NCBI GenBank assembly: GCA_036397255.1 | Contig: DASWJH010000046.1 | Coordinates: 5,020 to 69,019 of the forward strand | Reading direction: 5' to 3' | Source of the DNA: Nitrospiria bacterium | GTDB lineage: Bacteria > Nitrospirota > Nitrospiria > DASWJH01 | DNA: 64,000 nucleotides | Part shown: one piece after another, positions 7,011-17,400 of the stretch | Layout: each line of letters begins with the position of its first letter | Position numbering within the stretch: the first letter of the stretch is position 1 | Notes under the pieces: generated by a model | The model's input: the letters and a program-made list of their open reading frames with translations, nothing else | The model's database searches: none | What the model was told of the DNA's origin: nothing | Program-made: the position numbers and the translations under genes

Positions 7011-9731
7011 ATGGTTTTTTCTTCGATGGTCTCAAAGATTTCGAATCTCAGGAATAAACTACTGGCAGGTTTCCTTATGGTTTCCATTATTCCGATGTTG
7101 GTAATGATGTTGACCTACCTTTCTTTTTTGGAAAGAAGTTTAGAACATGAGGTAAACGATCGTTTAACCGCTGCTCGGACTGGTGTGGAGATAGAACTGA
7201 GAGAAAGAGAAGGTTTCCTATTGAATGAAATCGAAAGACATGTTTCCCAGCCGATATTAATAAGCACCATGACTCGAAACCAATTAGAATTTTTAGAAGG
7301 AATTTTAACTCATTTTTTACAGTTGTCACAAGCGGATTTGATTCATTTGTTTGATAAAAGCGGTAAACCCATCCTTGGTCTTCAAAAATTAAAAAACGAA
7401 AATTTGGAACCCTTTAAACCTTTACGGACTTCCCAAACAGAGCGGGTGAACTCCGTCTCTAATTTCTCGCCTTATTCCCAGGATCAAGCAGGAGAGGGTT
7501 TCATTTTTGGCCCTCCCTCAACCCCTTTGCAAACACCCCCAAGCATTCAATCGGAAATCATCCGAACTACCCAATTCAATCGGCTTTCCCCGGAAATCAT
7601 GGAAAAATTATCAAAAAACGGGGAAGCCATTATTCGAAACCAACATCCAGAGGGGATTCATATTTCGGTTTTTAAAATTTTTCAATTTTCCGGTCAAACA
7701 TTAGGAGTCCTTCAGGAGGGGATGTTACTGGATCAAAATTTTCTGGATAGTCTAAAAAAAAGGACGGGTCTTGAGGTTGCCCTGATCAATCCACAAGGAA
7801 ATGGAATTATATCCTCTTTTCATCCGGTAGACCATTTAAACCATCAGGAAAACCCAAAAAAAATTGCCGTGAAAAAAATTGGGGGAACAGGATATTTTTA
7901 TACCCTCCTGCCCATTGGACCGAAGGAAAGCCCGGTGAGGGTTGCCCTATTTGAATCAAAAAATGCCCTTACCGCAAGCAAAACCAAAGCAACAGGGTTT
8001 TTCTTTATAATATTTGGAATGATTACTGCTGTGGTAATGGGAGCAAGTTTTTTGTCCGCAAAAGCGATCACCCAGCAACAAAATCTGGCCGAAGAAGCCC
8101 TTGAAGCCAGCCGGGCAAGTTTTCGAAACGTGGTTGAAAAAAGCGGAGATGGAATTATTATCGTAGATATGGAACAGATTATTCGGTTTGTAAATCCATA
8201 CAGCAGGCTATTTTTTGAAAATAAAATGACTGTTTTCCCAGGGAAACCTTTTAATTTTCCTGTCGTTCCCAATGAACCCAAAGAAATTGAGATCATTCGA
8301 ATTTCAGGGGGGATAGGGGTGGGGGAAATGTTGACGGTTGAAACAGAATGGAATGGAAAGCCTGCCCATTTGATATCCATCAGGGATATTACCGATCGGA
8401 AAAAGGCAGAAGAGTTGATCGAGCATCAAGCCTACCATGATGCGTTAACCATGTTACCCAACCGTTTATTGTTTATTGATCGCTTGAACCAGGAATTGGC
8501 CCGGTGCGGATGGAAAAAACAGCCTGTGGGTGTCATATTTCTTGATCTGGACCAATTTAAACAAATCAATGATACCCTAGGACATACTATAGGAGATTTT
8601 CTGCTTCAAGCGGTTGCAAAACGGTTGGCGGGTTGCACGCGGGAGGGAGATACCATTGCCAGATTGGGGGGAGACGAATTCACGATTCTTCTTGCCGATC
8701 TTGCAACAACTCAAGACATTCCAAAAATTGCTTTGAAAATCCTTGAAATCTTTTTAAACCCATTTGAATTGAAGGACCACGAACTGTATATCACTTCGAG
8801 TATGGGGATCAGTATCTTTCCGAATGATGGGAGGGATTCAGAGACGTTGCTTAAAAATGCGGATACAGCCATGTACCGTGCAAAAGAAAACGGGAGAAAT
8901 AATTATCAATTTTACATTCCCGAAATGAACACTCGGGTTTCTGAAAGGCTTGCTTTGGAAAATGGACTCCGCCGTGCCCTGGAGAGAAATGAATTCATTC
9001 TTCATTACCAACCCCAGGTCAACCTCAGCACAGGGCAAATTGTTGGAATGGAAGCCCTCATAAGATGGAATCATCCGGAAAAGGGGTTAATCTCCCCCTA
9101 CAAATTTATACCCCTCGCCGAAGAAACAGGTCTAATTGTTCCCATAGGAGATTGGGTGATCCGAACCGCTTGTGCTGTGGCCAAGGCCATGCAATCGGTT
9201 GGAAATACGGGGATCAAGGTGGCTATTAATTTATCGGCGCGTCAGTTTTTACAAAGAGATCTTATTCAAAAAATTGATTCTGCCCTTAACAAATCCTTCT
9301 TGGATCCCAAATATTTAGAGCTGGAACTGACGGAAAGCATGATTCAAAATGCGGTTTCCACCCATTCAACGCTAAAGAAATTAAATAGTATGGGTATCCA
9401 AATTTCAATTGATGATTTTGGGACAGGATATTCTTCCCTGAGCTATTTAAGTCGATTTCCCATAAGTAAATTGAAGATTGATAAATCCTTTGTGCATGAT
9501 ATTACCACCAATCCGGATCACTCATCCATCGTTGCTGCCATTATCACATTGGCTCACAACCTAAACCTTAAAACAATTGCTGAAGGGGTTGAAACCCTTG
9601 ATCAAATGAACTATTTGAAATCAATCCAGTGTGACGAAATCCAAGGTTTTGTTTTTAGCCCCCCCTTGCCCCCCGATGAAATTATGGGTTTATTGTCCCA
9701 GAGAAGCCCCTTAAAAATTCTTCCAAGATAA
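7011..9731 (+). CDS. Membrane sensor c-di-GMP enzyme with PAS-GGDEF-EAL architecture
   Basis: N-terminal TM helix followed by a large extracytoplasmic/linker region and a second TM helix. A PAS-like segment is present (VVEKSGDGIIIVDMEQIIRFVNP). The GGDEF active site reads RLGGDEF with the canonical GHTIGD upstream. The EAL motif (EALIRW) and the DDFGTGYSS loop are both present. Confidence 0.85.
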   Translation: MVFSSMVSKISNLRNKLLAGFLMVSIIPMLVMMLTYLSFLERSLEHEVNDRLTAARTGVEIELREREGFLLNEIERHVSQPILISTMTRNQLEFLEGILTHFLQLSQADLIHLFDKSGKPILGLQKLKNENLEPFKPLRTSQTERVNSVSNFSPYSQDQAGEGFIFGPPSTPLQTPPSIQSEIIRTTQFNRLSPEIMEKLSKNGEAIIRNQHPEGIHISVFKIFQFSGQTLGVLQEGMLLDQNFLDSLKKRTGLEVALINPQGNGIISSFHPVDHLNHQENPKKIAVKKIGGTGYFYTLLPIGPKESPVRVALFESKNALTASKTKATGFFFIIFGMITAVVMGASFLSAKAITQQQNLAEEALEASRASFRNVVEKSGDGIIIVDMEQIIRFVNPYSRLFFENKMTVFPGKPFNFPVVPNEPKEIEIIRISGGIGVGEMLTVETEWNGKPAHLISIRDITDRKKAEELIEHQAYHDALTMLPNRLLFIDRLNQELARCGWKKQPVGVIFLDLDQFKQINDTLGHTIGDFLLQAVAKRLAGCTREGDTIARLGGDEFTILLADLATTQDIPKIALKILEIFLNPFELKDHELYITSSMGISIFPNDGRDSETLLKNADTAMYRAKENGRNNYQFYIPEMNTRVSERLALENGLRRALERNEFILHYQPQVNLSTGQIVGMEALIRWNHPEKGLISPYKFIPLAEETGLIVPIGDWVIRTACAVAKAMQSVGNTGIKVAINLSARQFLQRDLIQKIDSALNKSFLDPKYLELELTESMIQNAVSTHSTLKKLNSMGIQISIDDFGTGYSSLSYLSRFPISKLKIDKSFVHDITTNPDHSSIVAAIITLAHNLNLKTIAEGVETLDQMNYLKSIQCDEIQGFVFSPPLPPDEIMGLLSQRSPLKILPR

Positions 9732-10195
9732 ATACAGAAACTTATTTATTTTCTTTTATTCTAGGAGATTCATTTTATCTAAAACCGAATAATTTACTTC
9801 AATATTGGCTGGAAAACAGCTTGTTAACTTTAAAGTTTTAAAATTCCTTATTGGTGTGAAAAGGTTCAATAGATTTATGCTTTTCTTCCTTCAAGAAAAC
9901 TCAAATCTTCGCAGGTCTCTAAGGCCATCTAAAATTAATAGTTTTAACATTCCCATGGATTTTTTGGGTATCAATTACAAACCTAGGGGCAATAAATTTT
10001 TTTAATTTTTTGGTTATTATCTTCGTGGGACTACGGTTTTTTAAAGCAAAAATCTATCCCTTTATTCAGGGACAATAAAAAGGAATTTTGATTTTTTTAA
10101 TTATTGACTTTTGAACAAAACCTTGTCTTATTAATAAACTATTATCTTTATGCCTATTTTTTATTTCTTCGGAACCTGAGTGTGGACAAGTATAA

Positions 10196-11527
10196 ATGAG
10201 TGTTTTTAAGCAAGCTAACCAATTTCTTAGCAAAGACCTTTGGGCGAAACAAATTGAGACCCTTCCTCTAATGAAGAGGGTAACCTATCGGTGGCTCCGG
10301 CTTGGTGTGGTTGCTATTTCCGAGTTTCAGGAAACCGCCTTGAGTTTTCGCGCCACAGGACTGGTTTATATGACCCTGCTTTCCTTGGTTCCTTTTTTGG
10401 CGGTTATGGTTTCTGTCCTAAAAGCCTTTGGGGTACACCTTCAAATTGAACCGGTTTTGGCCCAGGCTTTTGAACCCCTGGGACCGAAGGGCGCTGAAAT
10501 TACCAGCCGTATTATCGGCTTTATCAGCAACCTCAACGTGAAGGTTTTAGGTGCCGTGGGAGTGGGAGGATTGTTTCTGACGACTCTGCTATCCATTAAT
10601 CAGATTGAACATGCGTTGAATGCGGTGTGGCGGGTTAAAAGACCCAGGCCTTTGGCCTGGAAATTCACCAATTATTTAAGCGTGATTTTGGTAGGCCCTG
10701 TATTGGTGTTCACCGCAATTGGGTTGACGGCTACCGCCCAGAGTCATTGGATCGTTCAGAAGGTTTTAGCGGTGGAATCGGTCGGTTTCCTCGTTGTTTT
10801 ATTTACCCGGTTAATGCCGTTTTTGTTCCTGTGCCTGGCGTTTACTTTTTTATATAAATTTCTTCCCTACACCGAGGTGAAATTAAAATCCGCATTGGTC
10901 GGAGGGATCACCGCCGGTGTTCTTTGGCAATTGGCTGGGATGGGATTTGCTTTTTTTGTGGTGGGGTCGGCAAAATATACCGCTATCTATTCCAGTCTCG
11001 CCATCCTCATTATCTTTCTCATTTGGTTGTATATTGCATGGGTGATTGTCCTTGCGGGAGCGCAAGTGGCCTATTTTCATCAATACCCTTATGCCTATTT
11101 AAACCAAATGAGTTGGAGGCAGGATAGTCAAACCAACCGTGAACGGCTGGGTTTGAACATTTTGGTTTATATTACCCAAAGATACCTAAAGGGGCTTTCC
11201 CCTTATGAAGAGAATGAACTCTCGCATGTTCTCAATGTTCCCTTATCGATATTAGAGGATTTAATTGAAAAATTTATCAGATCCGGGGTCCTTTGCCGAA
11301 CGCTAGAGCCGAAGGGAGTTATTTTAGGAAAACCCCCTGAACAGGTGTCTGTGGTGGAGGTATTGAATCTTATTCAAGAAGGGGATGGGCGAAGTGGTGA
11401 ATTTTTAGAAAAAGATAAAGATCAGGTTTCTTCGCTGCTCCGGAAAAGAGATCAAGCGGTGAAAGAAGAATTGGGACTGATTCATTTAAAATCTCTTGTG
11501 GAGGGAGAAAAAAAAGTTTCCCACTAA
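10196..11527 (+). CDS. YihY/BrkB family inner-membrane protein with a C-terminal soluble extension
   Basis: The typical YihY polytopic core is present (YMTLLSLVPFLAVMVSVLKAFG...). It is followed by an extra hydrophilic tail of about 150 aa. Confidence 0.7.
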   Translation: MSVFKQANQFLSKDLWAKQIETLPLMKRVTYRWLRLGVVAISEFQETALSFRATGLVYMTLLSLVPFLAVMVSVLKAFGVHLQIEPVLAQAFEPLGPKGAEITSRIIGFISNLNVKVLGAVGVGGLFLTTLLSINQIEHALNAVWRVKRPRPLAWKFTNYLSVILVGPVLVFTAIGLTATAQSHWIVQKVLAVESVGFLVVLFTRLMPFLFLCLAFTFLYKFLPYTEVKLKSALVGGITAGVLWQLAGMGFAFFVVGSAKYTAIYSSLAILIIFLIWLYIAWVIVLAGAQVAYFHQYPYAYLNQMSWRQDSQTNRERLGLNILVYITQRYLKGLSPYEENELSHVLNVPLSILEDLIEKFIRSGVLCRTLEPKGVILGKPPEQVSVVEVLNLIQEGDGRSGEFLEKDKDQVSSLLRKRDQAVKEELGLIHLKSLVEGEKKVSH

Positions 11528-11566
11528 CGTTTTTAAAAAATCAGGTAAGATGGGTGAGGCAAGAAT

Positions 11567-12436
11567 TCAGAAAACGCGATTTCTCCCCGATTGCTTTGCC
11601 TTATAGAGTGCCTGGTCTGCTTTGTCTACGATATTCGTCACAGTGTTGCCATCCTCTGGAAATACCGCAATTCCGATACTGACCGTTAAGGAAATTTCTT
11701 CATCTTTTTTAATTCTTATTTTTTTTGAAGCAACGGCTCTGCGGATTTTTTCTCCGGTTGAGAGGGCGTTTAATCGTGAGGTCTCGGGTAAAAGAAAAGC
11801 AAATTCTTCTCCCCCGTACCGAAACACCTGATCCACCCCTCTTACTTTGGATTGAATTAATTTGCTCACAGCAATTAAAACTTTATCCCCCGAGGGATGC
11901 CCATGGGTGTCATTGACTAATTTGAAATGGTCAATGTCGAGCATTAAAAGGGAAAAACAATGGCCAAAACGCTGAGAGCGGCTTAATTCCCCTTTTATTT
12001 GATGGGTAAATTCCTTTTTATTTAATAAGCCGGTCAACCCATCATGAATGGAAAGATTTTCATAATACTGCAATGGAAAAAGCAAATCACGTATGGAGAC
12101 CACACCCGCGATCTCCCCTTTTTTCTCCACCACCAGATGGCGGATTTTTTTGCATTCCATGAGCTCTTCCGCTTCTCCGATGGTTTTGTTTTCATGGATA
12201 GAGATGACTGGGGCTGACATGACTTCTTTGACACTTACCTTTTGTGGATTTAAACCCTCCACCACAACCTTATGCAATATATCAGTCCCGGTTAATATTC
12301 CAATGATTTCCTCCCCCTGACGGATTAAGAGGCATCCCACACCTGATTCTTTCATAAAATGAACCGCAGTCCATACGGTTGAATCGAATTGAATTGATAA
12401 GGGATTTTCCCTCATGACGTTCTCAACGGAAATCAT
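11567..12436 (-). CDS. CBS-pair-GGDEF diguanylate cyclase
   Basis: Two CBS motifs at the N-terminus. The GGDEF domain has RYGGEEF and DTHGHPSGD, i.e. the canonical Asp position rather than the Ser found in Hypr-type enzymes. Confidence 0.8.
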   Translation of the reverse strand: MISVENVMRENPLSIQFDSTVWTAVHFMKESGVGCLLIRQGEEIIGILTGTDILHKVVVEGLNPQKVSVKEVMSAPVISIHENKTIGEAEELMECKKIRHLVVEKKGEIAGVVSIRDLLFPLQYYENLSIHDGLTGLLNKKEFTHQIKGELSRSQRFGHCFSLLMLDIDHFKLVNDTHGHPSGDKVLIAVSKLIQSKVRGVDQVFRYGGEEFAFLLPETSRLNALSTGEKIRRAVASKKIRIKKDEEISLTVSIGIAVFPEDGNTVTNIVDKADQALYKAKQSGRNRVF

Positions 12437-12472
12437 TAGAAGCCTATATCCATGAAGGGTAACGGAGAGAGG

Positions 12473-13105
12473 TTATGGCACAACAATGGTGTCCCCGGGG
12501 TGAAGGATGAAATCTCCCAGGGGGCCTTTTCCAGAGACCACATTATCATATTTCAAAGGGATTCTGATTTGTTGCTCTTTTCCTATTCCATCTTTATTGG
12601 GACGAATCACCTGGATTTGGTTTTTCGATGCGAAGGGGGTAAATCCCCCAGCCAGGGAAACACCTTGAAGAACAGTTGCGTATGATTTGACTTGGTATTT
12701 TCCGGGGCGGGTGACCTCACCCAATACATAGAAAAAGTAGCTGTTGACCTCCTTCACCTGAACGGAAACATTCGGAGTCGTCATAAATTCGTTGAGACGA
12801 TATGCAATCCGGTCCGCCAGTTTATCTGCAGTTAAATCAGCGGCAAGGACATCTCCAACCAAGGGCATTGAAATGTAACCATCAGGGCGAATAATGACTT
12901 CGCCAGAAAGATCGGCATTTTTCCAAACGGTAACCTCTAAAACATCCTCAGGCCCAAGAAAAAACTCTACTGGAGGGATGTACTGAACCGGAAACGTATT
13001 GGGTGTAGAGCAGCCCCACAGGGCCAGAAGCGGAAAGAGGAGGCAGCACAATAATGAAATAACTCTCCTGCGTTGTTTCAACATATGTATTTGATTGTAT
13101 TTCAA
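12473..13105 (-). CDS. Wza-like polysaccharide export outer-membrane lipoprotein (Poly_export + SLBB)
   Basis: Lipobox LLALWGCS. The Wza-family core is present: IGPEDVLEVTVW...GEVIIRPDGYISMPLVGDVLAAD-LTADKLADRIAYRLNEF...VSVQVKEVNSYFFYVLGEVTRPGKY. Confidence 0.75.
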   Translation of the reverse strand: MKYNQIHMLKQRRRVISLLCCLLFPLLALWGCSTPNTFPVQYIPPVEFFLGPEDVLEVTVWKNADLSGEVIIRPDGYISMPLVGDVLAADLTADKLADRIAYRLNEFMTTPNVSVQVKEVNSYFFYVLGEVTRPGKYQVKSYATVLQGVSLAGGFTPFASKNQIQVIRPNKDGIGKEQQIRIPLKYDNVVSGKGPLGDFILHPGDTIVVP

Positions 13106-13418
13106 AGAAAAAATTCCTTGGTTTTTCCTCTTTAAAAATTATAACGGGTCCCGCGTGGGTGTCAATAACAAGAATTAGACCCAAGGAAAGTTAATTTTGA
13201 GCGTTTAAGGAAATATTAAGGTCCCTTCATATTTTAGGGGTATCCAGTAAATTATTCCCATTTTCACAAAACGAGAAATAATATCAAGACACTTAATAAC
13301 CCATTGAAAATAAATAAAATTTAAGCTATTCCCTTGCCCAATGGCTTCCTTGACAAAATCCCATTTTATAATACATTTACCATTAAGGGTTTAAATATAC
13401 GTTATTTGGAAAGAAGGG

Positions 13419-13892
13419 ATGGCCCGGATGAAAAAATGGGAACGGTTTAGAATATCTTTGTTTTTATTGCCGATGATCGTTTTTTATCACGGTTTCGGGG
13501 AGGGTTCAGATTGGAAAATCTTTGATCAGGGAGAAACGTTTTTCTACTATTATTATGAAGATACCATTAGAAAAACCGCTAATGGCATTGTGAGTCTGTG
13601 GATCAGGACCGTCCCTCACCAGAAAGTCGAATTTGAGAAGGTGTTAGAGGAAAGACAAAAGGCAGGGATTCCCCTTCATTCCGAGATTCAAGACTATGGA
13701 TATAGCCTTATTTTTATGAAACTCCATTGTATAGAGAAAAAGGCCAAAATTATTCAGGAAAAGATTTATAATAAAAAGGGCTTTCTTTTAAAATCTTATT
13801 TAGATACAACTGGATGGAAACCCGTCTCCCACCTCGCTTTTGAAGGGGCCCTTTCCGGCCAAGTGTGTCCTGCCAATATTGTCCAAAAATAG
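13419..13892 (+). CDS. Hypothetical secreted protein
   Basis: 157 aa with an N-terminal hydrophobic signal-like segment. No recognisable motif. Confidence 0.4.
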   Translation: MARMKKWERFRISLFLLPMIVFYHGFGEGSDWKIFDQGETFFYYYYEDTIRKTANGIVSLWIRTVPHQKVEFEKVLEERQKAGIPLHSEIQDYGYSLIFMKLHCIEKKAKIIQEKIYNKKGFLLKSYLDTTGWKPVSHLAFEGALSGQVCPANIVQK

Positions 13893-13894
13893 GA

Positions 13895-14330
13895 AGGTTT
13901 TCTCCTTTTAAAATAAAGATCCCCATAGCAAACCCTAGGGTATTCAGAGGAAAAACTAAAATCTCAAATTCCCCTGTGGCCCATTTTCCAAAGGGGGAAC
14001 CTAAGGAGTTGGCCCTTAGCACCCAACGGGAAAAAGTAAGTTCAATTTTTAAAATGATCGTTGGGAAAAGAAAATATTTTAGAGCCTTTTGTGGGGCAAA
14101 GGGTTGGTTCTGGCGGAAAAAAGAAAAGGCACCCAGGAAGGAGGCCCTGTAGGAAAGCGCTATTTTTTTCCTCAATAAAAATCCCCGCAGCAAGACTGCG
14201 GGGTATTTAGAGGAAAAACTAAATCCTCAAATCCCCCTTTATCCCCCTTTTCCAAAGGGGGAACCTAAGCGGTTACCCCGTTGCGAACTACGGGGAATAG
14301 CAAGTTTAAGTTTTTTTTATTTTAAATTCA
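13895..14330. repeat. Two copies (13895-14050 degenerate, 14170-14330 intact) of a hairpin-rich element of about 150 bp downstream of the adhesin gene
   Basis: Both copies share the cores ggtatt(c/t)agaggaaaaactaaa and ttttccaaagggggaacctaag. On the minus strand the intact copy has three GC-clamped hairpins. The last one, CCCCGCAGucuugCUGCGGGG followed by AUUUUUAUU, looks like an intrinsic terminator for the adhesin transcript. Confidence 0.6.
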
Positions 14331-14461
14331 CTTGTGAGAGTTTGGGATCCCCCATTTTTAAAAACAGGAATAATTCTTTTCAACTTTATCCTCTCTCATC
14401 TCCTCCCTTAGTCCAATTATTTTTTAGAGTTAATATAATTTAAAGAAAAAGATTTACCATT

Positions 14462-17400
14462 TCAAATGTTCCCCACCAAAGGACGCATATGGAAAATTTT
14501 CCTCTTTTCCCATTTTTGAAATAAAAACCTTAAACCCATTAGGAAAGGAACAATAAACATTGCGATATCGACATCTCGGTTTTGGTTGTGGCGGGCATCT
14601 TTCACAAAACCGCATCCTCCTACTGCACTCCCCATATCAGAAATGGCTGAGCCTCCCGATTGGGAGGATACAGTTGGTGGCGGAGTGTTGGACCCCCCTG
14701 AACCCGGCTGAGGGGTGCCTTGGACGGTTACTGGGTTCGTTTGATAATTTCCTTGTCCGTCATAGGAAAAAGCAGAGTAATAATATGTGGTTCCATTTTG
14801 CAGCCCAGTGTGGATAGTACTCTGAACCTCATTGGGAACGCCCGTAAAATCTCCAAGTAATTGCCCATCGTTTACATTTTCAGGAAACCCTCCAGTTGTT
14901 TTGAATACAATTCGGGTCCCGATGTAATCGGGATCTGAAGGGCTCGTCCAGGTTAAGAGAATCTCCTGGTCATTTTCAAAGGCGGAAAATTTTTTGATTT
15001 GGCCGGGGGGAATTTGATCCGGTGCTTTTGGGGTTTTAAAAATTTGATCTAGCGATACCGAAAGATTTCCAGCAGTGTCTAAACTTCTGACCCGAAAATG
15101 GTAGGGAAAATCAGGGGTTAATCCATTGATTGTCATTGAATGGTCCAACATCATGGTAGCGTTAAAAGGGGTTGTGTTTTCGTAGTTTGTGGTTTGCCCA
15201 TATTCGATTTGTGAGGTTGCGGCCTCATTGGTAACCCAAGTGATCAGTATGGTGGTGTTGCTTAAAGAAGTTGTGTTAATGTTTGAAATAACCGGGGGAG
15301 TTTGATCCGGTAAAGAAAGGGTGTTAAAGGTTCCGTCATTCGATACAGAAAGGTTCCCCATGGCATCCATTGTCCGGATTCGAAAATGATAGGTTTTTAA
15401 AGAAGATAAACCAGAAAGGGTGACCTGATGACTCGTTTTTAGGGAAGAATCTAGATTTGATATAAATCCATAAGCGGAGGTTAAACCGAATTCAACTTGG
15501 GAAGTTGCGCCTTCATTAGTAGACCAGTTCACTATGGCACCGGAGCCTGTAATATTGCTGGTGTTGATTCCGGAAATGGATGGAGGAATGGTATCAGGGG
15601 GGGGAGAAGTTGTAAAGGTTTTGTCTGCTGACACCGCTTGGTTTCCAGCGGCATCCATGCTCCGTACCCGGTAATGATAGGTGGTTGATGAGGTCAACCC
15701 GGATAGAGATCTGCTGTGGCTGGTGACTAACGTGGAATTCAAGGCAGAGGTGGACCCATAAGCGGTGGTGGTGCCATACTCCACCTGTGAGGTAGCGCCT
15801 TCACCGGTATTCCAGGTAATGGTGGCGCTGGTGCTGGTGACGGACCCCTCGTTGATGGATGAAATAACAGGGGGGGTGGTATCGGGAAGGGGAGAAGTTG
15901 TAAAGGTTTTGTCTGCTGACACCGTTTGGTTTCCAGCGGCATCCATGCTCCGTACCCGGTAATGATAGGTGGTTGATGAAGTCAACCCGGATAGAGATCT
16001 GCTGTGGCTGGTGACTAATGTGGAATTCAAGGCAGAGGTGGACCCATAGGCGGTGGTGGTGCCATACTCCACCTGTGAGGTAGCGCCTTCATCGGTATTC
16101 CAGGTAATGGTGGCGCTGGTGCTGGTGACGGACCCCTCGTTGATGGATGAAATAACAGGGGGGGTGGTATCGGGAAGAGGAGAAGTTGTAAAGGTATTGT
16201 CTCCTGACACCGCTTGGTTTCCAGCGGCATCTATGCTCCGCACCCGGTAATGATAGGTGTTTGATGAGGTCAACCCGGATAGAGATCTGCTGTGGCTGGT
16301 CACCGGTGTGGAATTCAAGGCAGAGGTGGACCCATAAGACATGGTGGTGCCGTATTCCACTTGGGAGGTCGCCCCTTCATTGGTTGACCATGTGATGACC
16401 GAGGCCGAACTTGAAATATTGCTAGCAGTTAATCCGGAAATAACAGGGGGGGTGGTGTCGGGAGCGGGGAGTGTGGTGAAGGTATTATCCGCTGAGGTGG
16501 CCAGATTACCGGCTGCATCGGAACTTATGACCCGGTAATGATAGGTGGTTGATGAGGTCAACCCGGATAGAGATCTGCTGTGGCTGGTCACCAGCGTGGA
16601 ATTCAGTGCCGAGGTGGACCCATAGGACATGGTGGTGCCGTATTCCACCTGGGAGGTAGCGCCTTCATCCGTTTTCCAGGAAATGGAAACGCTGGTGCTG
16701 GTGACGGAACCTTCTGCAATGGATGAAATAACGGGAGGAGTGATATCGGGAGCGGCAAGTGTGGAAAAGGTATTATCGGCAGAGGTGGCCAGATTTCCTG
16801 CCCCATCTCTGCTCAATACACGGTAATGATAGGTGGTTGATGAGGTCAGTCCGGATAAGGCTCTGCTGTGGCTGGTCACCGGTGTGGAATTCAGTGCGGA
16901 GGTGGACCCATAGGCCGTTGTGGTACCATATTCCACCTGGGATGTTGCGTCTTCATCCGTATTCCAGGTTATTGTAGCGTTGGTACTGGTGACGGAACCC
17001 TCTGTGATAGATGAAATGACAGGAGGGGTGGTATCCGGGGGGGAAGTCGTCGTAAATGTGTTATCCCCAGAATTGCCAAGGTTTCCTACATTATCTCGGC
17101 TTAAAACTCTAAAATGGTAAACGGTTGAAGGCAGTAGTCCACTTAAATCTTGGCTATGGGAAGTAACCAGCGTATTGATTAGGCTGGTTGTAGAACCATA
17201 GGCGGAACTGGTCCCATATTCAATTTGAGTACTGGAAGGTTCGTTTGTTACCCATGTAATGGTTGCCCCATTATTGCTGATACTAAGGGAGGAAATATTT
17301 GAAATGGCGGGTGGGGTAGTATCCGGCGGATTTAATGTGATGAAGGTATTATCTCCCGAAATGGCCATATTTCCTGCTACATCCTGACTGACAACCCGGT

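Noticed and set aside
13750-14193. ORFs 13750..14193 (-) and 13865..14152 (+)
   Set aside because: Both lie within the duplicated hairpin-rich element and overlap each other, with no coding periodicity. They are most likely non-coding.
15739-17120. Many 60-70-aa ORFs on both strands (15739..15942, 15765..15962, 16027..16230, etc.)
   Set aside because: They are shadow ORFs created by the near-identical 288-bp repeats inside the adhesin CDS on the minus strand. Their proline-rich translations and strict periodicity show they are not independent genes.
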